Shown: positions 29,981 to 40,492, counted from the stretch's first letter. The stretch: DNA of 64,000 nucleotides from an uncultured delta proteobacterium (GCA_963782055.1 CAWAIF010000003.1:3104001-3168000), one strand, 5' to 3'. The notes: generated by a model not told the origin, from the sequence alone. Translations and numbers: made by a program.

Positions 29981-30574
29981 TCACGTCCCCAGGCGGCGTC
30001 GCAGCACGGGGTAGGGCCCGTCGTCGTGGACGGTCGCGTAGCCCGCCTCCACGAACACCTCGAGCGGCCCCATCCACCGCTCCTCGTCGTGGATGGGGGC
30101 CTCCGCGCGCCGGGGGTACGCCTCGAGCGCCTGGCCGCCGCGCGCCCGCACGTAACCCTCCGCGCCGGCGACCAGGGCGCGAGCCACTCCGCGGCGCCGG
30201 TGGGCGGGGTCCACCAGGAAGCACCCCACCGACCACACCCCTTCGTCCGCGCCGAGGTCCAGCGCGCGGTAGACCGGCAGACCGCGCAGCCGGGGCAGCG
30301 CGCGCCGGGGAGCCAGCTTCATCCAGCCGACCGCGTCCTCGCCGAGCATCGCCACGAGGCCGCCGCCCGCCGGGTCCTCGTCGCGCACCAGCGCGGACTG
30401 CTCCTCCAGGCTGCGCTCCGGCTCGAAGGCGCACCGCGCGAGCCAGTCGTTCTTGTGCCCCTCGAAGTGCCAGTAGCGGCAGTAGCAAGGGCAGCTGGCG
30501 CGCTCGAAGAGCGCCGCCCAGGTGCCCAGCAGCCGGGCGTCGAGCGGGACGACGCGCAGATCGTCGGCGGTCAT
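29981..30574 (-). CDS. GNAT-family N-acetyltransferase
   Basis: CYCRYW, WSVGCFLVDPAHRRRGVARAL, LEAYP; ATGA overlap with gatA. Confidence 0.85.
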   Translation of the reverse strand: MTADDLRVVPLDARLLGTWAALFERASCPCYCRYWHFEGHKNDWLARCAFEPERSLEEQSALVRDEDPAGGGLVAMLGEDAVGWMKLAPRRALPRLRGLPVYRALDLGADEGVWSVGCFLVDPAHRRRGVARALVAGAEGYVRARGGQALEAYPRRAEAPIHDEERWMGPLEVFVEAGYATVHDDGPYPVLRRRLGT

Positions 30575-32031
30575 CTCGGGTCGGGGGCCGCGCGCGGCGC
30601 GTGGTGGCGCTCGCAGGCGGCGGCGAGGGCGAGCAGCGTCTCCTCGCCCAGGTGCTTGCCGATGATTTGGAGGCCCACCGGCAAGCCCCCCGACGTCGGC
30701 GCGCACGGCACGCTGACGGCGGGCAGCCCGGCGAGGCTCGGCGGCAGGGTGCACACGTCGGACATGTACATGGAGAGCGGGTCGCTCACCTTCTCGCCGA
30801 GCAGGAACGCGGGGGTGGGGGAGGTCGGGCACACCACCGCGTCGACGCCGGCGAAGGCGGCGTCGAAGTCGCGGCGGATGAGGGTGCGGACCTTCTGCGC
30901 CTTGAGGTAGTAGGCGTCGTAGTACCCGGCGGACAGCACGAAGGTGCCGAGCAGGATGCGCCGCTTCACCTCCCGCCCGAAGCCCGCGTCGCGCGTGTCG
31001 CCGTAGATCTGCTTCAGGTCGCGGCTTCGCTCGACGCGCAGGCCGTAGCGGATGCCGTCGAAGCGCGCCAGGTTGCTCGAGGCCTCCGCGGTGGCGATCA
31101 CGTAGTACGTGGCCACGGCGTGGCGCGTGTGCGGCAGGGTGATGGGCTTCACCTCGCAGCCGTCCTTCTGCAGCTCGGCGATGGCGGCGCGCACGCTGGC
31201 CTCCACCTCGGCGTCCACGCCCTCGCCGAAGTACTCGGCGGGGACGCCCAGGCGCAGGCCCTTCACCGCCCCGTCGCACGCGGCCTCGAAGCGGCCGACC
31301 GGCGCGGTGAGCGAGGTGGCGTCCTTGGGGTCGTGGCCGGCGATCACCTCCAGGATGCGCGCGGCGCCGCGCACGTCGCTGGCGAAGGGGCCGACCTGGT
31401 CCAGGCTGGAGGCGAAGGCGATGAGGCCGTAGCGCGACACCCGCCCGTAGGTGGGCTTGATGCCGACGACGCCGGTCAGGGCTGCGGGCTGCCGGATGGA
31501 CCCGCCGGTGTCGCTCCCCAGCGAGCCCGGTGTCATGCGCGCGGCCACCGACGCCGCGCTCCCGCCGGACGACCCGCCGGGGATGCGCGCGGTGTCCCAC
31601 GGGTTTTTGCACGGCCCGTAGGCGCTGTTCTCGTTGGACGAGCCCATCGCGAACTCGTCCATGTTGGTCTTGCCGGGGAGCAGCGCGTCCGCGGCGCGCA
31701 GCCGCGCGACCACCGTGGCGTCGTACGGCGGCACGTAGCCCTCGAGGATCTTGGAGCCGCTGGAGGTCGTCATCCCGCGGGTGCACAGCGCGTCCTTGAT
31801 CGCCACCGGCACGCCGGCGAGCGGTCCGAGCGCCTCGCCGCGCGCGCGCTTCTCGTCGACGGCCTTCGCCTGCGCCATCAGCGACTCGCGGGAGGTGGTG
31901 AGGAAGGCGTGGATGCCGGGGTCGATCCTCTCGATGCGCGCCAGCGCGGCCTCGGCGACGTCCTGCGCGCGCACCTCGCCTTGCTTCACCTTCGCGGCGA
32001 GCTCCAAAATGCCGAGCGTGGTCGGGTCCAT
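30571..32031 (-). CDS. gatA: Asp/Glu-tRNA amidotransferase subunit A
   Basis: GKTNMDEFAMGSS, PGGSSGGS, GSDTGGSIRQPA, SSNLARFDG, GYYDAYY. Confidence 0.97.
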   Translation of the reverse strand: MDPTTLGILELAAKVKQGEVRAQDVAEAALARIERIDPGIHAFLTTSRESLMAQAKAVDEKRARGEALGPLAGVPVAIKDALCTRGMTTSSGSKILEGYVPPYDATVVARLRAADALLPGKTNMDEFAMGSSNENSAYGPCKNPWDTARIPGGSSGGSAASVAARMTPGSLGSDTGGSIRQPAALTGVVGIKPTYGRVSRYGLIAFASSLDQVGPFASDVRGAARILEVIAGHDPKDATSLTAPVGRFEAACDGAVKGLRLGVPAEYFGEGVDAEVEASVRAAIAELQKDGCEVKPITLPHTRHAVATYYVIATAEASSNLARFDGIRYGLRVERSRDLKQIYGDTRDAGFGREVKRRILLGTFVLSAGYYDAYYLKAQKVRTLIRRDFDAAFAGVDAVVCPTSPTPAFLLGEKVSDPLSMYMSDVCTLPPSLAGLPAVSVPCAPTSGGLPVGLQIIGKHLGEETLLALAAACERHHAPRAAPDPR

Positions 32032-32034
32032 CGG

Positions 32035-32325
32035 TCAGCTCTCCACGAAGGCCGGCACCGCGAAGCCGTCCTGCGCCGTGCGGGGCGCCTGGGAGAGGGC
32101 GTCCTCGTGGGAGACGCCCGGCTTCACCTCGTCCGCGCGCCACGGGGCGGCTTCCGCGACGACGTGGGAGGTGGGCATCACGCCGGTGGTGTCGAGCTGG
32201 TTCAGCTCCTCCACGTAGCGGACGATGGCGTCGAGGTCGGTGGCCATCTCGCCGATCTCCTCCTCCGTGAGGGAGAGGGAGGCGAGCTCGGCGACATGCT
32301 TGATCTGGTCGCGGTCGATGGGCAT
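32035..32325 (-). CDS. gatC: Asp/Glu-tRNA amidotransferase subunit C
   Basis: IKHVAELASL...LDTTGVMPTSH...RAD...FAVP; directly upstream of gatA. Confidence 0.93.
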   Translation of the reverse strand: MPIDRDQIKHVAELASLSLTEEEIGEMATDLDAIVRYVEELNQLDTTGVMPTSHVVAEAAPWRADEVKPGVSHEDALSQAPRTAQDGFAVPAFVES

Positions 32326-32353
32326 CGCGGGGAGGTTCTAGCCGGTTGGGGGA

Positions 32354-32602
32354 TCAGGGGCCAGCGTCGGCGGGCGGTGGCGGTGTCGCGGGGGTCGGAG
32401 GCGCGGAGGCGGACGCGGCCGCGGATGGGGCGGCGGTCGCGATGGGGGTCGGGGTCGGGGCCGGGGCCGCGGAGGGAACGGGGACGGTGACGGGGTCGGG
32501 CTCGTACTCCGGCGGCGGACCGGAGGGCAGCCCCTTGGGGCCGCAGGCGAGCCCCGCAGCGAGGGCGGAGGCGAGCGCGAGGTAGGCTGGGCCGCGGTGC
32601 AT
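32354..32602 (-). CDS. Small Pro-rich lipoprotein
   Basis: GLAC lipobox, GPPPEYE; TAGAGT hexamer 7 nt before the ATG. Confidence 0.6.
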   Translation of the reverse strand: MHRGPAYLALASALAAGLACGPKGLPSGPPPEYEPDPVTVPVPSAAPAPTPTPIATAAPSAAASASAPPTPATPPPPADAGP

Positions 32603-32754
32603 GGCCAGGACTCTACCCGCGCGCGCCGGCACCGGGGAGATCGTTCGCAGCGCCCCGCCTTGACGAACGGCCCGCCCCGTGCTTCCTTTCGCGCCCCTTC
32701 GCTTCGCTTCGACCCAGAAAACACGGGGTCCCGGCTCGCCGCGCCCCCGAAAAT

Positions 32755-32844
32755 CCACACGCTCCCCTCGCGCAAGGTCCGCACCCGGTGCAGTTCGCTT
32801 CAAACGAAGCGCTGCTGGTGCAGACGGGGAGCGGAGGCCCAACC
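32755..32844 (+). ncRNA. rpsB 5' leader (S2 autoregulatory / t44-like RNA)
   Basis: ACACGCTCCCC...GGGGAGCGGAGGCCCAACC stem with internal CGCTTC/GAAGCG hairpin, immediately upstream of rpsB. Confidence 0.7.
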
Positions 32845-32859
32845 GAAAGGAATCGCGCC

Positions 32860-33705
32860 ATGACCCAGTCTACTGAAACGAACGGGATGCCCCGCATGCC
32901 GGGCGAGCTCCCGCTCCCCATCAAGACCCTCCTCGACGCCGGCGTTCACTTCGGCCACCAGACCAAGCGCTGGAACCCGAAGATGCGGCCCTTCATCTAC
33001 GGCGCCCGCAACGGGGTCCACATCATCGACCTCGACCAGACCGCGCGCCTCTTCGCGCGGGCCTACCAGTTCGTGACCGAGACGGTCTCGCGGGGCGGGC
33101 ACCTGCTCTTCATCGGCACCAAGCGCCAGGCCCAGGACATCGTCAAGGAAGAGGCGGCCCGCTCCGGCTCCTTCTACGTCGTCAACCGCTGGCTGGGCGG
33201 CACGCTCACCAACTTCCGCACCATCAAGCAGGGTCTGGACCGCATGCGCCAGCTCGAGCGCATGCGCGACGACGGCACCTACCAGCAGCTCCCGAAGAAG
33301 GAAGTGTCCCGCCTCGAGAAGGAGCGCGAGCGCTTCGAGAAGTACGTGGGCGGCCTCAAGAACATGAGCGCGCTGCCGGCGGCGGTGTTCGTCATCGACC
33401 CGTCGATGGAGACCATCGCGGTGCAGGAGGCCAAGAAGCTCGGCATCCCCATCATCGCGATCACCGACACCAACTGCGACCCGGACCTCATCGACTACGT
33501 CATCCCGGGCAACGACGACGCCATCCGGTCCATCAGGCTCATCACGTCGCGCGTCGCCGATGCCGCGCTCGAGGGCGCGCAGCGTCGCAAGGAGTACACC
33601 CCGCGCGAGGCGGAGCGCGGCCCCTCGGCCGACGTCTACCAGAGCCGCCGCGGCGCGCCGCATGGCGACCGCCCCGCCCCCGACAAGGGCCCCGGCACGA
33701 ACTGA
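32860..33705 (+). CDS. rpsB: 30S ribosomal protein S2
   Basis: [42 protein letters not shown]. Confidence 0.98.
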   Translation: MTQSTETNGMPRMPGELPLPIKTLLDAGVHFGHQTKRWNPKMRPFIYGARNGVHIIDLDQTARLFARAYQFVTETVSRGGHLLFIGTKRQAQDIVKEEAARSGSFYVVNRWLGGTLTNFRTIKQGLDRMRQLERMRDDGTYQQLPKKEVSRLEKERERFEKYVGGLKNMSALPAAVFVIDPSMETIAVQEAKKLGIPIIAITDTNCDPDLIDYVIPGNDDAIRSIRLITSRVADAALEGAQRRKEYTPREAERGPSADVYQSRRGAPHGDRPAPDKGPGTN

Positions 33706-33862
33706 CTCTTCCGTGGCGCGCGGCGTCGTCGGCGTCGGCAGGTCGGGCCTCTCTCGCCCGTCTGTGTCTCGCCGGCGCCCGCCGCGCCGTCACTGTGGTC
33801 GGCCGACGGCCGGCCGACGGCCCGAAGGGCACGAAGACCGATTTCCAACCTGAGGTACGAAG

Positions 33863-34813
33863 ATGGCTGACATCACAGCAGCGATGATCAAGGAGCTCCG
33901 CGAGCGCACGCAGGCGGGGATGAGCGACTGCAAGGCCGCGCTCGTCGAGGCCGAGGGCGACATGGACAAGGCGGTCGAGGGGATCCTCAAGAAGGGGATC
34001 GTCAAGGCCGCGGCCCGCGCCGGCAAGGTCGCCGCCGAGGGCGAGGTCCGCACGCTGGTGTCCGACGACAGGAAGAAGGGCACGATCGTCGAGGTCAACT
34101 GCCAGACCGACTTCGTCGCGCGCGACGAAAACTTCAAGAGCTTCGTCGGCAAGGTGCTCGAGGTGGCCGCCGCCCAGAGCGCTGGCGCCGACCTCGCCGG
34201 GCAGAAGTACCCCGGCAGCGCCCAGACGGTGGACGAGTTCCGCAAGGAGCTCATCGCCAAGACCGGCGAGAACATGGTGCTCCGTCGCTGGGGCCGCGTG
34301 GAGGCCAAGGGCGCGGGCGGCATCGTCCACTCCTACATCCACATGGGCGGCAAGCTCGCCGTGCTGCTCGAGGCCCACGCCCCGAGCGACGCGGCCGCCA
34401 AGGACAAGGACTTCGTCGAGTTCGTCGACAACTGCGCGATGCAGATCGCAGCGATGAACCCGCGCGTCGTGTCCAAGGAGCAGCTCGCCGACGCCGACGT
34501 GGCCAAGCAGAAGGAGATCTTCCTCGCGCAGATGCACGAGGAGAAGGCCGCCGGCACGCTCAAGGCGCCGGAGGCGGCGTGGCCCAAGATCGTCGACGGC
34601 AAGGTGAACAAGTGGTTCACCGAGGTCACCCTCCTCGGCCAGGACAGCGTCACCACGCCGGGCAACTCGGTCGACAAGCTCCGCCAGGAGCTCGGCAAGA
34701 AGCTGGGCGGCGAGGTGAAGCTCACCAGCTTCGTGCGATACGAGCTGGGCGAGGGCATCGAGAAGAAGAAGGACGACCTCGCCGCCGAGGTCGCCAAGAT
34801 GACGGGGGCCTGA
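33863..34813 (+). CDS. tsf: Elongation factor Ts
   Basis: IKELRERTQAGMSDCK, EVNCQTDFVA, ELGEGIEKK. Confidence 0.97.
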   Translation: MADITAAMIKELRERTQAGMSDCKAALVEAEGDMDKAVEGILKKGIVKAAARAGKVAAEGEVRTLVSDDRKKGTIVEVNCQTDFVARDENFKSFVGKVLEVAAAQSAGADLAGQKYPGSAQTVDEFRKELIAKTGENMVLRRWGRVEAKGAGGIVHSYIHMGGKLAVLLEAHAPSDAAAKDKDFVEFVDNCAMQIAAMNPRVVSKEQLADADVAKQKEIFLAQMHEEKAAGTLKAPEAAWPKIVDGKVNKWFTEVTLLGQDSVTTPGNSVDKLRQELGKKLGGEVKLTSFVRYELGEGIEKKKDDLAAEVAKMTGA

Positions 34814-34828
34814 GGCCGGGCGGCGGTG

Positions 34829-35758
34829 ATGCGGCTCTGCGCCCTCAGCGTCGATCTGGACGAGATCCCCAACTACTTCGCCATCCACGGGCTGGAGCCG
34901 TCGCCGCGCGCGTCCCTCACCGCGGTCTACGACGTCGCGGTCGACAGGCTCCTCGACTTCGCCCGGGAGAACGCCCTCCCTCTCACCCTCTTCGCCATCG
35001 GGTCCAATCTCGTGCGCGAGGCGGCCGCGCTGCGCCTCCGCGCGGCCGCCACCCTCGGGCACGAGATCGCCAACCACACCCTCGACCACCGCTACGACCT
35101 CACGCGGATGGACCGCGCCGGGATCGTGGAGCAGATCCGGGGTGGCGCCGACGCCATCGAGGCCGCGACGGGCGAGCGGCCCTACGGCTTCCGCGCGCCG
35201 GGCTACACCATCACCGACGAGGTCTTCGACGTCCTGCGCGAGATGGACGTCGCCTACGACTCGTCGGTGTTCCCTTGCCCCTCGTACTACGCGGCCAAGG
35301 CGCTCTCCATCCAGATGTACCGCGCGCGCGGCCGCGAGAGCCGCTCGGTGGTCGACACGCCCAACGTGCTCCGCGCGCCGACGCGGCCGTACTTCGTCGG
35401 GCGGCCGTACTACAAGCGCGGCGAGGGCGGAGGGGAGCGCCCGCTGCTGGAGGTGCCCGTCCAGGTCACACCCAGGCTGCGACTGCCCTTCATCGGCACC
35501 TCGGTGACGATGGCCGGGCCCGCCGGCGCGCGGCGGCTTGCGCGCATGTGCGTGGGCGAGCCGCTGGTGAACCTGGAGCTGCACGGCATCGACGTGCTGG
35601 ACGAGCACGACGGCCTGGAGGAGCTGCGCCCGCACCAGCCGGACGTGCGCGTGGCGAAGGAGCGCAAGCTGGCGGCGATCCGCGCCGTCGTGCAGGAGCT
35701 CCGGGCGGAGGGCTACGCCTTCGTGACGATGCGCGAGGCCGCGGCGCAGTTCGTTTGA
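34829..35758 (+). CDS. Polysaccharide deacetylase (NodB-like)
   Basis: SVDLD, GHEIANHT, GFRAPGY, YDSS. Confidence 0.85.
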   Translation: MRLCALSVDLDEIPNYFAIHGLEPSPRASLTAVYDVAVDRLLDFARENALPLTLFAIGSNLVREAAALRLRAAATLGHEIANHTLDHRYDLTRMDRAGIVEQIRGGADAIEAATGERPYGFRAPGYTITDEVFDVLREMDVAYDSSVFPCPSYYAAKALSIQMYRARGRESRSVVDTPNVLRAPTRPYFVGRPYYKRGEGGGERPLLEVPVQVTPRLRLPFIGTSVTMAGPAGARRLARMCVGEPLVNLELHGIDVLDEHDGLEELRPHQPDVRVAKERKLAAIRAVVQELRAEGYAFVTMREAAAQFV

Positions 35759-35812
35759 AACGATAGTCCGCGGCGCTCAACTTCGCCGGCGGTCTCGCGT
35801 AGCATCGCTGTC

Positions 35813-37936
35813 GTGGCGCCCTCCTCACGCATCGGCGAGGTCATCGTGTACCGGCAAGGGGCGCGGGTGACGCGCGTCGTGCCCGTCCTCGCCGCGGGCG
35901 AGCTGCGCGTGGGGCCACTGCCGCTCTGCCTGGAGGACGGCTCGGTGCGCGTGCGCGTGGAGGGCGAGGGCGTGCGCGCGCTGGACGTTCGGGTGGCGCT
36001 CGCCGTCGCGCCCGCGGACGCATCGCTGCCGCCGGCCGATGACGAGGCGCTCCGGGCGGCGCGGCGGCACGCCGAGACGCTGCGATCCGAGCTGGAGCGG
36101 CTGAACCGCGCCCACGATCGGCTGCAGGCGCTCGAGATGCTGCCGCGCCCCAAACCGAAGGCGGGCGAGGCGCCTCTCGGCGTTCCCCTGGACTCGCGCC
36201 TGGCGCTCCTGGCCCTGCGCGGCGCGGAGTCGGAGCGCATCGAGCGCGAGCGCTCTCGCATCCGGGAGGAGCTGTCGCAGGCCGATCACGCGCTCGCCGA
36301 GGCGGAGGATCGCCACCGGCGCACATCGACGCAGCGCAGCGCGCGGGAGCACGCCCTCTGCAAGGAGGCTGTGGTGCGGCTGGAGGGCGCGCCGTCGTCG
36401 GGGTCGACGCTCTCGCTCGAGTACGTGGTGCCGGGCGCGCGATGGAGCCCTGCCTACGCGCTGACGCTGGACGCCGAGGGCCGGGCGCCGGCGCGGCTGG
36501 AGATGCGCGCGCTCGTCGCGCAGCGCACCGGCGAGGACTGGAGCGGCGCGAGGCTGGTGCTCTCCACCGCCGACCCGGACAGGTTCGTGGAGCTGCCCGA
36601 GCTGCCCAGGCTGCGTATCGGGCGGGCGCAACCGCCCCCGGCGCGACGGGGGTTTCGCGCGCCGCCGGAGGGTGCCGAGGCGCTCTACGCCGATTACGAC
36701 GCGGCGTTCGGCTCTCGCACGGAGGAGGCGCCGGAGACGACCCCGGCGACCGCCGCCGCGGTTGGATCGCGAGGGGGCTTCGGCGGGGCGCCGGGGGAGT
36801 CGTTTCAAACGAATGACGCGGAGGCCGGGCTGGAGCTGGCCGCGGTGGCCGGCATCATGGATGAGCAATCACTCCCCCCGCCGGCGCCTCCTCCTCCTCC
36901 GCTGGCGGCGGCGCCCGCGCGGGCGATGAGGGTGCGGGCGGGGACGCTCGAGAAGTCGTCCGGGCCGTCGCTGGGCGGGGTGGTGCCGCAGGGCGCCGCC
37001 GACATCCCCGCGTATCCCCGTGCCGAGCCGGCGATCCTGCGTCCCGCCGCGCCTGACCTGGACCTGGAGGCGCTCGCCTTCGCGCGGCTGCGCATGGCCT
37101 CTGCCGACGGCGAGGGACGGGGGGAGCTGCGCGCGGTGACGTGGTCGTCGGCGTACGTGGAGGACCTGGGGGGAGTCGTCACGGTGGACGTCGTGTCGGC
37201 GGTGCGCGTCGCCTTCGGCCGCGCGCAGGAGATCGGCGCGCCGCCGCCGGGGCACGAGACGGCGTCGGCCCCCGACGGCTTCTACGACGCCTACGCGGCG
37301 GACCTGCCGTGCGACGTGCCGTCCGACGGCGCCTTCCACGCGGTGCCGGTGACGGCGTACGAGGCGCCCGGCGCGATCCGATACGTGACCGTCCCGCGCG
37401 AGGGACCGGAGGTCTACCGCGTGCTGGAGCTGCAGAGCCCGCTCTCGGGATCGCTGCTGCCCGGTCCTGTGGACATCTACGAGCGCCGGGACGAGCAGGT
37501 GACCTTCCTGCTGACGGCGCGTGTGGATGCCGCGCCTCCCCGGGCGGAGGTGCGCCTGGGGCTCGGCGTGGAGCAGTCGGTGAAGGTGGCGCGCAACACG
37601 ACCTTCACCGAGCAGACCAAGGGCTTGCTCGGCGGGGGCCTCTCGCTGGTGCATGACGTGGAGGTGGACGTGCAGAACCGGCTCGCCCGGCCGGTGACGG
37701 TGGAGGTGCGCGAGCGGGTGCCGGTCCGCGCCAACGAGGAAGACGACGCGGTCGAGGTGGAGATGGGGACCGTGGCCCCGGCGTGGGAGCGCTGGGATCA
37801 GGAGAAGACCCTGCGGGGTGGGCGCCGCTGGGTGGTGGAGGTCGGCGCGCGCGCGTCGCGCAAGCTCTCCGCCCGCTACACCGTGCGCATCGCCTCCAAG
37901 CACGAGCTGCGCGGCGGCAACCGGAGGGAGTCGTGA
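35813..37936 (+). CDS. DUF4140/DUF4139 family protein
   Basis: VIVYRQGARVTR, YVVPGARWSPAY, QRTGEDW, LLPGPVDIY, LGLGVE. Confidence 0.8.
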   Translation: MAPSSRIGEVIVYRQGARVTRVVPVLAAGELRVGPLPLCLEDGSVRVRVEGEGVRALDVRVALAVAPADASLPPADDEALRAARRHAETLRSELERLNRAHDRLQALEMLPRPKPKAGEAPLGVPLDSRLALLALRGAESERIERERSRIREELSQADHALAEAEDRHRRTSTQRSAREHALCKEAVVRLEGAPSSGSTLSLEYVVPGARWSPAYALTLDAEGRAPARLEMRALVAQRTGEDWSGARLVLSTADPDRFVELPELPRLRIGRAQPPPARRGFRAPPEGAEALYADYDAAFGSRTEEAPETTPATAAAVGSRGGFGGAPGESFQTNDAEAGLELAAVAGIMDEQSLPPPAPPPPPLAAAPARAMRVRAGTLEKSSGPSLGGVVPQGAADIPAYPRAEPAILRPAAPDLDLEALAFARLRMASADGEGRGELRAVTWSSAYVEDLGGVVTVDVVSAVRVAFGRAQEIGAPPPGHETASAPDGFYDAYAADLPCDVPSDGAFHAVPVTAYEAPGAIRYVTVPREGPEVYRVLELQSPLSGSLLPGPVDIYERRDEQVTFLLTARVDAAPPRAEVRLGLGVEQSVKVARNTTFTEQTKGLLGGGLSLVHDVEVDVQNRLARPVTVEVRERVPVRANEEDDAVEVEMGTVAPAWERWDQEKTLRGGRRWVVEVGARASRKLSARYTVRIASKHELRGGNRRES

Positions 37937-39459
37937 GCGCGGCCGCCGTGGCGCAGACGCGCGTGGAGGAGGTGACCCTCAGCGAGGACCGCGCACACGT
38001 GGTGCGCCGGGGGAAGGCGATGCTGCCCGCGGGCGTGGGGCAGCTGGTGGTGGAGGGGGTGGCGCCGGTGCTCGCGGACAAGACGCTGCGCGTGACGGTG
38101 GCGGGCGCGCGGGTGGGCGTGGTCAAGGTGGAGCGGCGGCGCGAGCTGGTCATCCCGGAGCAGAAGGCGCGCACCGAGGTGCAGGCGCTGGACGCCGAGC
38201 TGGAGAAGCTCGGACGCGAGGCCGGGATGCTGGCGGCGCAGGTGCGTCGCCTGGAGACGGAGGTCGGGCTGGCGGAGGAGGGCGCGCGGCGTGTCCTGGC
38301 AGAGCTCGCCGAGGACGCCGCGCGCGGGGACCTGCCGGCGGACGCGTCGCGCCTGGCCGCGGCGTTCGAGGCGGGCGAGAAGAGGGCCCGCGCGGCGCTG
38401 GTGGAGGCGCGGGAGACGTCGGGCGACGTCGTCGACACCCTCGCGCGCCTGCGTGCGCGGCGCGCGGCGAAGGGGGCGGAGCGCAGCGAGACGCGGGCGA
38501 GCGTCCTGGTGACCGTGTCCGCCGACCGCGCGGGCGAGGCGGACGTGACGGTGGAGTACGTCGTGCCCGGCGCGTGCTGGCGCCCGCAGCACACGGCGAT
38601 CCTCGGCGAGCGCGTGCGCGTGGAGACCGACGCGTGCGTGTGGCAGGCCACCGGGGAGGCGTGGGAGGACGTGCGGCTGCGCGTGTCGACGGAGCGGCCG
38701 TCGCTGGGCACCTCGCCGCCGCGGCTCGCCGATGACCGGCTACAGGTGCAGCGCAAGGCGGAGGTCCTGCGCGTGGAGGCGCGCGATCAAGATGTGCAGA
38801 CCGCGGGCCTGGGCGGGCGCGCGCGCGTGCCGGGCATCGACGACGGCGGCGAGGTGCGGGTGATCGAGGCGGCGCGACGGGCGACGGTGCCCTCCGACGG
38901 CCGCCCTCACCGCGTGCGGCTCGGCGCGTTCGACGCCGACGTGACGACGAGCGTGGTGGCGATGCCGGAGATCGCCGCGGCGGCGGTGCTGCGCGGCGTG
39001 ACGAGCAACGCGGGGACGCTCCCTGTCCTCGCCGGTCCGGTGGACCTCGTTCGCGGCGGAGGCTTCGCCGGGCGCGCCAAGGTCGGCTTCGTCGCGCCCG
39101 GAGAGCGGTTCGAGCTCGGGTGGGGACCGGACCCGCACCTGCGTGTCCGCCGCGAGGCGAGCGCCGTTGACGAGGAGCCGGGGCTGCTGCCCTCGAGCTG
39201 GATCGGCAGGCGGCACGAGGTGCGCGTCACGCTCTCCAACCTGGACAGCACGCCCCGCAGCGTGGAGGTGGTGGAGCGCGTGCCCGTCTCGGAGGTGGAG
39301 AAGGTGCAGATCGACGTGGACGAGAAGCACACCTCGCCGCGCGCGCGGCCGGACGCGGACGGCTTCGTGCGCTGGACGGTGGAGCTACCCCCGCGCGGCC
39401 ACGCCGAGATCGCGCTCTGCTACGTCGTGCGCCGTCACAAGGATGTCGCCGGCGTCTGA
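37933..39459 (+). CDS. DUF4140/DUF4139 family protein (MuiA-like annotation)
   Basis: VTLSEDRAHVVR, WQATGEAW, LAGPVDL, ERVPVSE; GTGA overlap with the upstream paralogue. Confidence 0.8.
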   Translation: MSAAAVAQTRVEEVTLSEDRAHVVRRGKAMLPAGVGQLVVEGVAPVLADKTLRVTVAGARVGVVKVERRRELVIPEQKARTEVQALDAELEKLGREAGMLAAQVRRLETEVGLAEEGARRVLAELAEDAARGDLPADASRLAAAFEAGEKRARAALVEARETSGDVVDTLARLRARRAAKGAERSETRASVLVTVSADRAGEADVTVEYVVPGACWRPQHTAILGERVRVETDACVWQATGEAWEDVRLRVSTERPSLGTSPPRLADDRLQVQRKAEVLRVEARDQDVQTAGLGGRARVPGIDDGGEVRVIEAARRATVPSDGRPHRVRLGAFDADVTTSVVAMPEIAAAAVLRGVTSNAGTLPVLAGPVDLVRGGGFAGRAKVGFVAPGERFELGWGPDPHLRVRREASAVDEEPGLLPSSWIGRRHEVRVTLSNLDSTPRSVEVVERVPVSEVEKVQIDVDEKHTSPRARPDADGFVRWTVELPPRGHAEIALCYVVRRHKDVAGV

Positions 39460-39499
39460 CCCGTAGCACTCGCCCCTCGCTCGCCAGGGCAAGGGCGCG

Positions 39500-40453
39500 T
39501 CAGAAGACCTCGTGCTTGACGGGGGGCTTGGCGGTGCCGCCGCCGGTGTTCGGGGAGTGCAGCAGGCCGCCGGCGCCGGCGCCGCGCTTCTTGTACGTAC
39601 CCTTCATGAACTTCCCCAGCACCGGGGCCACGTTGGCGGCGGTGTTGTCGTCCCACTCGTCGCCGCTGATGGAGTCGACGATGGCCATGGTGTCATCGAA
39701 GCGGAAAAACCAGGGGAGGCCGGGCTTGTCCATCGCCATGCCGGGCAGGTCGTTGTGGAACTCGTCCACGTCCACGCGGACCACGCTCACGTCGGCGAGC
39801 ACGCGCTGCATCTTCGGGTCGGGGAAGGTGGCGAAGACCTCGTCGCAGGAGGTGCAGTCCTCCTGCGTGGTGACGACGAGCATCTTGTCCCCGCGTTCCT
39901 TCGCGGAGGCGAACTCCAGCGCGATCTGCGTCCGGAGCGACCCGCCGGAGTGCTTCAAATCCGTCACGTGGATGAGGCCGGCGTAGGGGATGGGCGTGTA
40001 GGTGCCGCCGCCGGTGGGCGTCGTCGTCGCGGTGCTCGTCGCGGTGGGCGTGGGGTAGTACGCAGGCGGGGGCGGCGTGTAGGTCGGGTATTTCGGCGTG
40101 GTCGCGACCGCGGTGCCGATGATGGCGATGTAGAAGATGGCGTAGGCGATCGTGGCGACGGTGCTGAGGCCCCCGGTGACCATGCCGGCGATGGCGAGGC
40201 CCTCGCCGCCGAGCGCGCCACCGGAGCGGGCGATGTCCCGCTTGGAGAGGGCGCCCAGGATGATGGCGGGGATGCCGGTGAGCGCCCCGCCGCAGCAGAC
40301 CATGCTCAGGATGCCGAGCACGAGGGACGCCACAGCCTTGCCATCGTTGCTGACGGGCGGCGTGTAGATCGGCCCGGGCATCATGGGGGGGCCCATCGGC
40401 GGGCCCATGGGGGGGCCCATGGGAGGTGGCTGCGGGTACGGTCCGGGGGCCAT
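39500..40453 (-). CDS. DUF4190-type membrane protein with C-terminal thioredoxin-like domain
   Basis: Pro-rich N-terminus, GKAVASLVLGILS...GEGLAIAG, then CTSC motif. Confidence 0.7.
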   Translation of the reverse strand: MAPGPYPQPPPMGPPMGPPMGPPMMPGPIYTPPVSNDGKAVASLVLGILSMVCCGGALTGIPAIILGALSKRDIARSGGALGGEGLAIAGMVTGGLSTVATIAYAIFYIAIIGTAVATTPKYPTYTPPPPAYYPTPTATSTATTTPTGGGTYTPIPYAGLIHVTDLKHSGGSLRTQIALEFASAKERGDKMLVVTTQEDCTSCDEVFATFPDPKMQRVLADVSVVRVDVDEFHNDLPGMAMDKPGLPWFFRFDDTMAIVDSISGDEWDDNTAANVAPVLGKFMKGTYKKRGAGAGGLLHSPNTGGGTAKPPVKHEVF

Positions 40454-40492
40454 CGCCCGCATCTTACGTCAAGGCGGCGGGCGACGCTTCCT

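Noticed and set aside
29981..32143. 720-aa ORF ending in a GNAT domain
   Set aside because: Off-frame shadow of gatA; the GNAT starts at 30574. It is also too short and unlinked to be called a ceramide synthase.
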